Source of the DNA: Myxococcota bacterium
Lineage (GTDB): Bacteria; Myxococcota_A; UBA9042; PHBI01; JAWLBL01
Reading direction: 5' to 3'
DNA length: 64,000 bases
NCBI GenBank assembly: GCA_041687695.1
Contig: JAWLBL010000007.1
Span: 64,001 to 128,000 of the forward strand
Position numbers and translations under genes: made by a program. Positions 21,015-33,212 of the stretch are shown piece by piece. Positions within the stretch are counted from its first letter, which is position 1. Each line of letters starts with the position of its first letter. A model generated the notes under the pieces. The model was not told the DNA's origin. It ran no database searches and saw nothing but the letters and a program-made list of their open reading frames with translations.

Positions 21015-21392
21015 ATGGAGCGGAGCGGGTCGACCGAGCGTCCGTGGCTGCTGTGGGACGGCGATTGAGGCTTCTGACGCCGTAGCGCCGCCTGGGTCAG
21101 GCGGACCGACATCGAGGACCGGCTGTGGGTGGTGCCGTACCAGGAGGCGCCGTCGCCGCCCATGACGCCCGAGCTCGCGCGCGCCTGCCGACGTGCCATC
21201 CACGTCCTGCGCGCCGACGGGGCCGTGCTGCGCGCCGGACGCGCCGCCGTGTACGTCTTGGAGGTGCTGGGGTACCGCCGGACGGCCTGGTGCCTGAGGC
21301 GGCGACCGGTCATCTGGGCGGTCGAGCTGGGGTACTGGATCGTCGCGCGCAACCGTCGGCTCTTCTCGCGCGTCGCCTTCAAGCGCGAGTGA
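21015..21392 (+). CDS. DCC/DUF393 thiol-disulfide oxidoreductase, candidate selenoprotein with UxxU motif (125 aa)
   Basis: RBS GGAGGAG at 21003-21009 and ATG at 21015; reads MERSGSTERPWLLWDGD-TGA-GF-TGA-RRSAAWV... in frame with track ORF 21129..21392, which carries the DCC-like GYWIVARNR. Confidence 0.85.
21088..21104 (+). promoter_or_regulatory. Putative bacterial SECIS element
   Basis: Perfect 7-bp stem CCGCCTG/CAGGCGG with a GGT loop, starting 10 nt after the second in-frame TGA. Confidence 0.7.
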
Positions 21393-21405
21393 GCGCGCGC
21401 GGCGG

Positions 21406-24400
21406 CTAGGGCGCGACGGTGGTCTCGTTGACGGCCCAGGTCCGCCAGCCGTCGCCGAAGAAGGCGCCGGCCGCGGAGTCGTCGAAGTCCATGCCGTCGG
21501 CGGTGGCGGCCCGCATGATGGTCATCGGCTTCAACCCGGGCGCGAGGCCGGCCTTGCCGGCTCCGGGGACCAGGTCGGGCAGGGTCACCGACGTCAGATC
21601 GCCGTCGGCCCAGACCGTCCACTCGGTGTAGGGGATGGTGACGAGCATCCCGCAGATGGTGCACGGCGGGGTCTGGGCGTCGAACGTCACCATCTGTAGA
21701 TCCGGCTCGGCCGAGGGCCTGACCTGCCACGACACGACATCGGAGCCGTGCGGCCCGGGCTGGAACGAGATGTGCTCGGGGATGGCCAGCATGGGCCCGA
21801 GGACCAGCTCGCGAGAGCCCATGGCCCAGACGACGTCGTCGGTGCCCGCCACCGCCAGCAGGGCCCCTCGGTGCTGCTGGGGCGAGCGGTCGCGCCACTT
21901 GCCGGCCTCGAGCTCGATCACCCGGCCGCCGACCCCGACCGCAAAGACCTCGTCAGGCCCGCGGCCCCACACGCCCATCAGGGTCGACGTGGTCGGCGTC
22001 TTCATCACCACCGGGGCCTCGCCGGGGCGCCAGGTCGCGACCGTGCCGGCCTCGCCCACGGCGTACAGGCGGAAGTCCCCCGCGTCCTCGACCCCCCAGA
22101 CGGCGTTGAGCGACGGCTGACCGGGCACGGTCGAGGTCGTCCACTGGGCGCCGTCCCAATGGCCCACCCAGCCCTGGGCTCCGACGACCCACAGGTCGCC
22201 GGTCGCGCCCTCGTCGACGCGTCCCCACACGGCGCGCACCTTCACCGGGGCCGTGAACGCGGTCGCCCAGGTGTCCGCGTGGTAGCGCAGCACGTGATTG
22301 CCGCCGACCGCCCAGGCCTCGTCCGCCGAGGCGACCCACACCCCGGTCAGCGTGATGTCGACTCCGGTCTCGCGCTGCGTCCAGACGGTGTCGCCGAGGT
22401 GCGTCGCGACGCCGCGCTCGCCGGCGGCCACGCCGACTCCGGGCGCGAGCACATGCACCGCGTGCAGGTCGACCTGGGTCCCCGACGGCTGGTGGGCCCA
22501 GTAGCCGTCGCCGATGCTCCGGACGACCAGCCCGCCGTCGCCGACGGCGTAGACGGCGTCACCCGCGCTGGACAGGCCGCGGACGTCCTCGGTCGGCGCG
22601 GGCGCGCTGGCGGTCCAGCCGTCGGGGCCGCGCCGCCAGGCGGTGTCGCTGCGCAGCCGCGGCAGATCGGTGTCCAGGATGGCGCTGTAGGCGTTGGGGG
22701 TCTGCGCCGACTGGACCACCGCGTACAGCGTGTAGGTGGCGTCGTGCAGCGTCCCGGTGAGCTGGCTGGGCACCCGAGCGCTCAGGGGCGCGCGGCCGGT
22801 GGCGAACATGGGCGGGAACTCGAGGACGCCCTCGCCGCCGAGATCGAGGAACAGGCGCGCCTGCACCGACTCGAGCGCCGTCGGACCGAGGTCGGGGCGG
22901 TCGAGCTCTATGGTGACCTGCTCGTTCAGCGGCCGGTCGATGGCGACCTCCATGGTGACCACCTGGCCGTTCGTGGTCGCGCTGAGGCCACGGGTGACGC
23001 CGAGCATCTCGGGGCGGAAGCCCTTGGGCGTCATCACGCCCGCCCAGCAGAAGATCGCGTAGTCGCCCAGGCGCGACGTGAACGTGAACTTGCCATCGGG
23101 GCCGACCGGGACCCCCGGGAAGGGGTAGGCGTCGATGGAGCCGACGCCGGGGTTGGTGATGTCGCAGTAGATCTGAAGGTCTCCCGGCGACGGGACGCAC
23201 TGCAGCGCCGCGACGCCCGTGAGCGGCAGGCAGCTGAAGCCGGTCGGGCAGTCCACGTCCGCCGTGCAGTCGGTGGTGCAGTGCGAGCCCTGGCCGGGCA
23301 GGGACGAGCAGCGGCCGCCGGGGCACTCGTCGTGGTCGTCGCAGCTGAGGCACAGCGGCGAGGGCGGCCCCAGCTGGTCGTCGCAGCGGCCCCAGGGCTT
23401 CTTGACCCCCTTGACGCCGGTGTCCACCACGCCGTCGGACTTGCCGGACTGCCCCGGGGGCTGGTCGCACGGGATGTCCAGATCGGTGCAGTGCGGGATG
23501 GTGTCCACCGCCAGCGTGACGTTGGTCGCGTCGAAGCCGACCAGCGACGAGGTCGTGTGGTTGTGGAGCGTGGCCGAGACCTGCTGGTCGCCGACCAGCT
23601 CGGGGCCGCTGAACGTGATGAGCCCGTCCGCGTTCGTGAAGCCCTGGTGGGGCGTCGACGGGTCGTGGCCCAGCATCACGAAGGCGCCGGCGACCCGCCC
23701 GCCCGAGAAGCGGTCGACCACCGTCACGTGCACGTTGCGGGCGACCGGGCCACCCCAGGTCCCTGGCGCGCTGCCCGGATCGTAATAGGTGAACCCCTTG
23801 GCCAGCTTCGCCGCGGCCGTGTTGGAGGTCAGCACGAGGACGTCGGCGGGGCCCTCGAAGCCGGGCGGCGTCTTCGCCTCGAGGCGCCCCTGCGACAGCA
23901 CCACCGCGTTCGTCGCCGGGGCGTCGCCGACACGCACCTGCGAGCCGGGGAGGAAGCCGTTGCCGAAGACGGTCACGAGGTCGCCGCCGGCGGTGCTGCC
24001 GTGGGGCGGGTCGACGAGCCAGATCGCCGCGGGCGCCTGGTACTGGAAGCCGCCGAAGAGCGTGTCCTGCTGGCCGCCATCGAAGACCGTCACGTTGGCG
24101 AGGCCCGGCGTCCCCGGCGGCGTGGTGATGGTCAGGGTCTGGGCGTCGACGAAGGTGACCTGGGCGGCGAGGGCGCCGACGCGGACTTCGGTGGCGGGCG
24201 TGAAGCCCGCGCCAGAGAGGGTCGCCTGGGTGCCGCCCGCGGCGGGCCCGAAGATCGGCGTGATGTCGTGGAGGCGGGGGGAGGGGAGGTAGGTGTAGGC
24301 CGCGTCCAGGACGCTCGGCTCGCCGCCGCTGCCGACCGAGACCGCGACGGCGCCCTCGGCCAGCGCCGTCGGGGCGGCTACGACGACCGTGTGCGCGTCC

Positions 24401-25521
24401 AGGTCCACCGAGACCAGGGGCGCGACCCGGTCGCCGAACCGGACCTCGACTTCAGCCATGTGGGAGAGCCCGAGGACTCCCAGGGTCACCAGGTTCCCGC
24501 CGCCCATTGGGCCCGAGGCCGGGAAGACGGTCAGCAGCTCGGGCGCGTCGGCCGCCACGTCGTCGAGGTAGGTGTAGGCGCGCTCGGCGGTCTCGCTGCC
24601 CCAGGCCGTGCTGACGACGAGATCCACCGCGCCCGGCTCGGCCGCTGCGGGGGCGAGCACCTCGAGCTCGCCGGGCCCCACGATCTGCACCTCGTCGCAC
24701 TCGCGACCATCCAGGGTCACCAGCAGCGGCGCGACGAACCCTCGCCCGAGCACCGTGACGCGGTTGTCGCCCGCCAGCGGACCGACCGCGGGCTGCACCG
24801 AGACCACGCGCGGCGCCTCGAAGTAGACGTACCCCTCGGCGAGGCGGCCGACCCCGAGGTCGCTCGCCACGCGCACGTCGACGGGGCCCGGCGTCGCCGT
24901 GTCGGGCGTGGTCGCGACGATCGTCTCGCCGTCCAGGACCTCGACGCCGATGGCCAGCCTGTCGCCGAACACGACCCGGGCGCCGGCCGTGAAGCCCGAC
25001 CCGGTGATCGTGACCGTCTCGCCGCCCAGCACGTGGCCCGACGGAGGCGTGACGGCGCCGACCGTGACCGGCTCTTCGAACACGTAGGCTGCGTCCAGGC
25101 GGGCGACCTTGCCGCTCTTGTGCACCACGGTGACGTCGACCACCCCGTGCGGGCGCGGCGGCGTGCTGGCCACGATGAGGCCGTCGGTCAGGGCCAGCCA
25201 GTCGGGCGCGGGCGTCTCGCCGAAGTAGACGACCGCCGTGTCCTTCAACCCCGCGCCGAACAGCGTCACCTCGGTGAAGCCCGCGGTGGGGCCGCGGTCG
25301 GGCGCGAGGCCGGTCAGCACGAAGCCGGACGGCTTGGGGGCGTCCGGGCCGGCGTCGTCGGCGACGTCCGGCGCGCCGGTGTCTGGAGCGTCGACGTCTG
25401 GGTGCGCGTCGCCCTTGGAGGGGGGCGATCCCGCGACCGGGTCGGAGCAGGCCTGAAGGCCGCCGAGCAAGCACGCGAGGACGGCGAGCGCGACGAGGTG
25501 GCGGGTGGAGCGCTGGTTCAC
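21406..25521 (-). CDS. Large lipoprotein with six IPT/TIG domains, a Cys-rich insert and beta-propeller repeats
   Basis: GTG start at 25521 with RBS; lipobox LQAC; six P-x-x-G...GG-x-x-VT repeats; L-x-x-VWG...VG-x-x-G propeller repeats. Confidence 0.88.
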   Translation of the reverse strand: MNQRSTRHLVALAVLACLLGGLQACSDPVAGSPPSKGDAHPDVDAPDTGAPDVADDAGPDAPKPSGFVLTGLAPDRGPTAGFTEVTLFGAGLKDTAVVYFGETPAPDWLALTDGLIVASTPPRPHGVVDVTVVHKSGKVARLDAAYVFEEPVTVGAVTPPSGHVLGGETVTITGSGFTAGARVVFGDRLAIGVEVLDGETIVATTPDTATPGPVDVRVASDLGVGRLAEGYVYFEAPRVVSVQPAVGPLAGDNRVTVLGRGFVAPLLVTLDGRECDEVQIVGPGELEVLAPAAAEPGAVDLVVSTAWGSETAERAYTYLDDVAADAPELLTVFPASGPMGGGNLVTLGVLGLSHMAEVEVRFGDRVAPLVSVDLDAHTVVVAAPTALAEGAVAVSVGSGGEPSVLDAAYTYLPSPRLHDITPIFGPAAGGTQATLSGAGFTPATEVRVGALAAQVTFVDAQTLTITTPPGTPGLANVTVFDGGQQDTLFGGFQYQAPAAIWLVDPPHGSTAGGDLVTVFGNGFLPGSQVRVGDAPATNAVVLSQGRLEAKTPPGFEGPADVLVLTSNTAAAKLAKGFTYYDPGSAPGTWGGPVARNVHVTVVDRFSGGRVAGAFVMLGHDPSTPHQGFTNADGLITFSGPELVGDQQVSATLHNHTTSSLVGFDATNVTLAVDTIPHCTDLDIPCDQPPGQSGKSDGVVDTGVKGVKKPWGRCDDQLGPPSPLCLSCDDHDECPGGRCSSLPGQGSHCTTDCTADVDCPTGFSCLPLTGVAALQCVPSPGDLQIYCDITNPGVGSIDAYPFPGVPVGPDGKFTFTSRLGDYAIFCWAGVMTPKGFRPEMLGVTRGLSATTNGQVVTMEVAIDRPLNEQVTIELDRPDLGPTALESVQARLFLDLGGEGVLEFPPMFATGRAPLSARVPSQLTGTLHDATYTLYAVVQSAQTPNAYSAILDTDLPRLRSDTAWRRGPDGWTASAPAPTEDVRGLSSAGDAVYAVGDGGLVVRSIGDGYWAHQPSGTQVDLHAVHVLAPGVGVAAGERGVATHLGDTVWTQRETGVDITLTGVWVASADEAWAVGGNHVLRYHADTWATAFTAPVKVRAVWGRVDEGATGDLWVVGAQGWVGHWDGAQWTTSTVPGQPSLNAVWGVEDAGDFRLYAVGEAGTVATWRPGEAPVVMKTPTTSTLMGVWGRGPDEVFAVGVGGRVIELEAGKWRDRSPQQHRGALLAVAGTDDVVWAMGSRELVLGPMLAIPEHISFQPGPHGSDVVSWQVRPSAEPDLQMVTFDAQTPPCTICGMLVTIPYTEWTVWADGDLTSVTLPDLVPGAGKAGLAPGLKPMTIMRAATADGMDFDDSAAGAFFGDGWRTWAVNETTVAP

Positions 25522-25829
25522 GGCGTCCTCTCGGGGCGGCGGCGGGAGGGGAGGCCGGCGTCGACGGCGGCCGCTCCGGCGCTGGCGGGCAGGTTCGTTG
25601 TCCGAAGGCGTCCGCGCGATCGTTCGAGCGGTCGAGGTCGGTGGGGTGGCACGAATCCTGCGGGTCGCGCGGGGTCGGCGCAAGGACCTGCGCCCCGTCC
25701 GGGCGGCCCTGTCTGCAGGGACGGGGGCGTTCGGAGTCCAGAACGCGCGCGGCGCGCACGCCGGGTGCGGCCCTGATGCACCCGGTCTCCGCGCCGACGC
25801 GGTCCCGGACGCGCCCCTGCGGGGCCGCG

Positions 25830-29159
<3,330 letters not shown>

Positions 29160-29177
29160 CGTCCGCCCTCCCATCGC

Positions 29178-32100
29178 TCAGGGGCACCCGGGCGTCGCGA
29201 CGCCCTGGCACGCGCCAAACTGGCACACGTCGCCCGTGGTGCAGGCGTCCTCGTCGTCGCACGGGTAGCCCCCGGCCACGAGGAAGTCGTCCAACGCGAC
29301 GTACACCGCCCCCGCGGCGTGCGCCGCCACGTCCACCTCGAACGTGACCGTGACCAGCTGATCCGCCCAGGGGCCGAGGTCGACCTCTCGCACCACCGGG
29401 CCGTCCGTCGTGCCGCACACCGTGTCCACCACGGCCCCGCCGATGCGCGCTCGGACCACGTCCTGCCCACAGCCGGCCGTCGGCAACGCCGCCTCGACGG
29501 TCCAGCTCAGCGTGCCGCCGCCCAGCGGGACGATCAGCTCCGGGCTCTCGATGGACAGCGTCACCGCCGGCGACGACCCCTCGGTCGGGCCGACCGCCAC
29601 CAGCGCGTTCGGCGCCGATCCCGCCGACCCGGCCTCCACCCACCAGGCCCAGGCGGCGCTCGACGACGCGCCGCTCCAACCCAGCGGGGGCGGCCCCGGC
29701 GGCATGTCGTCGAAGGTCTCTCCCAGCTCGGGCTGGCCGTGGTGGACCAGCTGGAAGACGCACGCGCCCTGCGAGCAGTAGCCGTTGGCGCAGGGCCCGG
29801 GCAGGTCGCACTCGAGCAGCTCGCCCTGACACACGGTCCCGAAGCACGTGTCGTTGTACGTGCAAGGATCGCCGTCGTCGCAGTCGCCCAGCTTCGGCGT
29901 GTGCTGACACCCGAGCGCCGGATCGCAGCTGTCGACGGTGCACGGCAGGCCGTCGTCGCAGCTCGCCGCCGCGCCCACGCAAGCGCCCGCCGTGCAGGTG
30001 TCGCCGGTCGTGCAGGCGTCCCCGTCGTCGCAAGCCCCCGCGACCGGCGTGTCGACGCAGAACCCGTCCACGCACGTCGCCGCCATGCAGGGCCCGTCCG
30101 CCACGCAATCGGCGTCCACGTCGCAGGCGCACGCGGCCAGCGGCGAGAAGGCGCAGGCGTTGCTCACCGGGTCGCAGGCGTCCGCGGTGCACGGGTCGCC
30201 GTCGTCGCAGACCATCGGCTCGGCCACGCAGGCGCCGCTCTGGCACACGCCCACCGTGCACGGCGCGTCGCCCACGCAGGCGAAGGTCCCGACCAGCCGC
30301 AGGTCGTCCACCATCACGCCCGCCCCGTCGTTCTGCGTGCCGTTGGCGTTGAAGACCAACAACACCCGGATCTGCCGGTCGGTCATGGCGGACAGGTCGA
30401 CCTCGATCTCGGTCCACTCGTCCACATGGGTAGACAGGCAGAAGACCTGGTCGGTCACGCCGCCGCTGTCGACGCGCACGGCCAGGAAGTCCTTGGTCGG
30501 AAAGCAGATGTTCGAGGGCGCGGTCGTCTCGGCGAGGCCGGTCTTCACCTTGAAGCGCAACGTCAGCTGCGAGCCGTAGACCCACATGGGCGGCGACTTC
30601 AGCGTGGCCAGCCCCGCGCCGTGATCATAGGTCCCGTCGGCGCCCGTCATCGTCAGGCCGAGGCCGCCCGCGCTCGCCGAGGCCTGCGCCGAGACCTTCC
30701 AGCCGAACCCGGCGTTCGTGCTCGAGGCCGCCCAGCCGGTCGGCAGGCCGTCGTCGAAGGTCGCGTCGACGAAGGTCATCGAGCCGCTCAGCGGCTGGTG
30801 CGAGCACACGCCCGCGCTGCACAGGTCGGCCGTGCAGTCGTCGTCGTCGTCGCAAAGCGACTCGCTGGCCGGCACGCACGCGCCGCCGACGCAGTGGTCC
30901 TCGAGCGAGCACGGCTCGCCGTCGTCGCAGGCCGTCCCCTCGGGCTTGGGCTGCGTCACGCACTTGCCCGTCGCCGGGTCACAGGCGTCGAGGGTGCAGG
31001 CGGTCTCGTTGGGTGGACACGTCACGACGCCCGCCGGGACGCAGGTGTGGGTCGCGAGGTGGCACGACCACGCCAGGACGCACGCGTCGGCCTGCGGTGG
31101 GTCGTCGCAGTCGGCGTCGCTCTGGCACTCGCAGCCGTTGGCGCCGCCGACGCAGGTCCCCGCGACGCAGGCGTCTCCCGTCGTGCAGGGGTTGCCGTCG
31201 TCGCAGGTGTTCGGGGCCGGCGCGTGCTGGCAGACGGCCGCGCCGCTCGCGCCCACGCAGAAGTCCGTGGTGCAGGGGTTGCCGTCGCTGCACGGGTAGG
31301 GGCTCCCGGTGCACTTGCCGACGACGCAGGTGTCCTCGACGGTGCAGGGGTTGCCATCGTTGCAGTCGCCGGCCTGCGGCGCGTGCACGCAGCCTCCGGC
31401 CTCGGCGTCGCAGGCGTCCGCCGTGCACGGGTTCTTGTCGTCGCAGTCGAGCGCCTGCCCCGCGCAGTCCCCGAGGGCGTCGCAGGCGTCCCCGGACGTG
31501 CAGGGATCTCCGTCGTCACACGCGGCCCCGGCGACGGGCGCGACCTCGCAGCCGCCGTCCGGCAGGCACAGGTCGGCCGTGCACGGATCCCCGTCGTCGC
31601 ACCGGGCCACCGTGCCCTCGCACAGGCCCGAGGCGCAGGCGCCTTCGGTGAAGCAGGTGTCGCTGGGCGTGCACGGCGCCCCCTCGTTGCGGGGCGTCAT
31701 GACGCACGCGCCCGAGCCGGGGTCGCAGACCGCGTGGGCGCAGGTCGTGTCGCTCTCTGCGTTGCACACGACGGCGCGGCTGGGGTCGGGGACGCAGCTC
31801 CAGTCCGCCCCGCACACGTACCCGGCGGCGCACAGGTCGCCCAGGCCGGCGCAGGCCTCGTCGCTGGTGCACTCGCAGGTCTCGCCCGGCGTCCCGGCGC
31901 AGGTCCCGTCGCCCTGGCAGGCGTCCCCGTCGGTGCAGGCGTTGCCGTCGTCGCAGGGGCCCGTGCCGCCCGGCTTGACGCTGCAGGCGCCCGTGAGCGA
32001 GTCGCACACGTCCACCGTGCACGGATCCCCGTCGTCGCAGGTCGGTGTCGACGACAGGCAGCGGCGGTCGGCGCACACCGCGCCGGTCGTGCACGGGTCG

Positions 32101-32390
32101 CCGTCGTCGCAGGCCAGGCCGTCGCGACCGCCTGCCGTCATCTCGCACACGCCCTCGGCCGTGCAGGTGGCGACGGTGCACTCGGGCGACAGCCCCTGGG
32201 CCTCGACGGCCGGGGCGCAGTCGTCGTCCGTCACGCAGGCGGGGGGCTTGACCGGGACGTCCGGCAGGACCAGCGCATCGGGCGTGCCCTCGGAAGCGTC
32301 GCAGCCGGCGGCCATCGCCGCGACGAGGCCCGCCGTCCAGAGCACCGCCCAGGGGGCGAGCGCGGCGCCGATCGGTTTCAGACCCCGCAT
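29178..32390 (-). CDS. Lipoprotein with many CDDG(D/N)PCT-x-D-x-C repeats and two MAM/adhesin-like domains
   Basis: ATG 32390 with GAGGAGG RBS; lipobox AAGC; Dictyostelium CTDC-like repeats; TFDD...GW domains. Confidence 0.88.
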   Translation of the reverse strand: MRGLKPIGAALAPWAVLWTAGLVAAMAAGCDASEGTPDALVLPDVPVKPPACVTDDDCAPAVEAQGLSPECTVATCTAEGVCEMTAGGRDGLACDDGDPCTTGAVCADRRCLSSTPTCDDGDPCTVDVCDSLTGACSVKPGGTGPCDDGNACTDGDACQGDGTCAGTPGETCECTSDEACAGLGDLCAAGYVCGADWSCVPDPSRAVVCNAESDTTCAHAVCDPGSGACVMTPRNEGAPCTPSDTCFTEGACASGLCEGTVARCDDGDPCTADLCLPDGGCEVAPVAGAACDDGDPCTSGDACDALGDCAGQALDCDDKNPCTADACDAEAGGCVHAPQAGDCNDGNPCTVEDTCVVGKCTGSPYPCSDGNPCTTDFCVGASGAAVCQHAPAPNTCDDGNPCTTGDACVAGTCVGGANGCECQSDADCDDPPQADACVLAWSCHLATHTCVPAGVVTCPPNETACTLDACDPATGKCVTQPKPEGTACDDGEPCSLEDHCVGGACVPASESLCDDDDDCTADLCSAGVCSHQPLSGSMTFVDATFDDGLPTGWAASSTNAGFGWKVSAQASASAGGLGLTMTGADGTYDHGAGLATLKSPPMWVYGSQLTLRFKVKTGLAETTAPSNICFPTKDFLAVRVDSGGVTDQVFCLSTHVDEWTEIEVDLSAMTDRQIRVLLVFNANGTQNDGAGVMVDDLRLVGTFACVGDAPCTVGVCQSGACVAEPMVCDDGDPCTADACDPVSNACAFSPLAACACDVDADCVADGPCMAATCVDGFCVDTPVAGACDDGDACTTGDTCTAGACVGAAASCDDGLPCTVDSCDPALGCQHTPKLGDCDDGDPCTYNDTCFGTVCQGELLECDLPGPCANGYCSQGACVFQLVHHGQPELGETFDDMPPGPPPLGWSGASSSAAWAWWVEAGSAGSAPNALVAVGPTEGSSPAVTLSIESPELIVPLGGGTLSWTVEAALPTAGCGQDVVRARIGGAVVDTVCGTTDGPVVREVDLGPWADQLVTVTFEVDVAAHAAGAVYVALDDFLVAGGYPCDDEDACTTGDVCQFGACQGVATPGCP

Positions 32391-32451
32391 CGATGACCGA
32401 CCTCCTCGGGCGCGAGGGCGACAAAGGTGCCCGTTGCTTGCCGCGCCAGCA

Positions 32452-32469
32452 CGAATACACATGTATTCG
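32452..32469. promoter_or_regulatory. Palindromic operator-like site
   Basis: CGAATACA-CA-TGTATTCG, a perfect 8-bp AT-rich inverted repeat between divergent genes. Confidence 0.55.
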
Positions 32470-32705
32470 ATGTGGATACACGTCGACGCGACGCGAGTCA
32501 AAGCGATGGGCCTCGGCCCGATCGCCCCGTGCCGCGCCCGTCGCGCGGCGGATAGGCCGGACCGCTTGGTGTGCCGCAGGGTTACAGGGCTCGGCCGCCG
32601 CCCGCGATCCCGTCGGGCGTCCGTCGAATACGCCTCACCCGCTCCTTGCATCGACCGGCCGTGTCCTGCACGGTTCGGCCGTCTTCGTCCCTCGTGGAGG
32701 ACCGC

Positions 32706-33212
32706 ATGCTCATGAGATCCTGCCGCACCGCGCTGATCGCCGTGTGCTTCGCGCTCACGGCCGCCGGCTGCGAGTCCGACGGCCACGAGGCCGGCCACGA
32801 CCACGGCGCCGAGTCGGACGTCAAGGCCGACACGCACGTCGACGCCTGCGGGGGAGAGGACGTGGACACGTTCGACCCCTTGCCGTCGCGGTCGGGCGAC
32901 CACTTCACGGTCACCCTCGTCAGCGCCACGCCGGCCATTCCCGACAAGGGCGACAACACCTGGGAGCTGGCGATCGAGCACGGCGGCGCGGCGCTCACCG
33001 GCGCGACCGTCACCGTCAAGCCCTGGATGCCCGCCCACGGCCACGGCACCAACCCCGAGACCTTCGCCGCGACGCCGGCCGCCCAGGACGGCCGCTACTC
33101 GGTCGGGCCCTTCAACCTGCTGATGCCCGGCTACTGGACGGTGACCGTCACCATCGACGATGGCCAGGGGACCAGCGAAGAGGTCGTCTTCGGTGTCTGC
33201 GTCGAGGGCTGA
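32706..33212 (+). CDS. FixH/YtkA-like lipoprotein
   Basis: Lipobox AAGC; His-rich GHEAGHDHG; PWMPAHGHG and MPGYW motifs. Confidence 0.85.
   Translation: MLMRSCRTALIAVCFALTAAGCESDGHEAGHDHGAESDVKADTHVDACGGEDVDTFDPLPSRSGDHFTVTLVSATPAIPDKGDNTWELAIEHGGAALTGATVTVKPWMPAHGHGTNPETFAATPAAQDGRYSVGPFNLLMPGYWTVTVTIDDGQGTSEEVVFGVCVEG

Noticed and set aside
21066..21077. Genome-wide TGA reassignment, or simple pseudogene
   Set aside because: Many genes here end at TGA, so the code is standard. The stops fall exactly on both Cys positions, with an intact RBS, intact frame and a downstream hairpin, which favours Sec. A pseudogene is not formally excluded.
25522..25829. Possible riboswitch or ncRNA in a 300-bp intergenic gap
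   Set aside because: Only generic GC-rich hairpins; no recognisable conserved motif. An Rfam scan would be needed.
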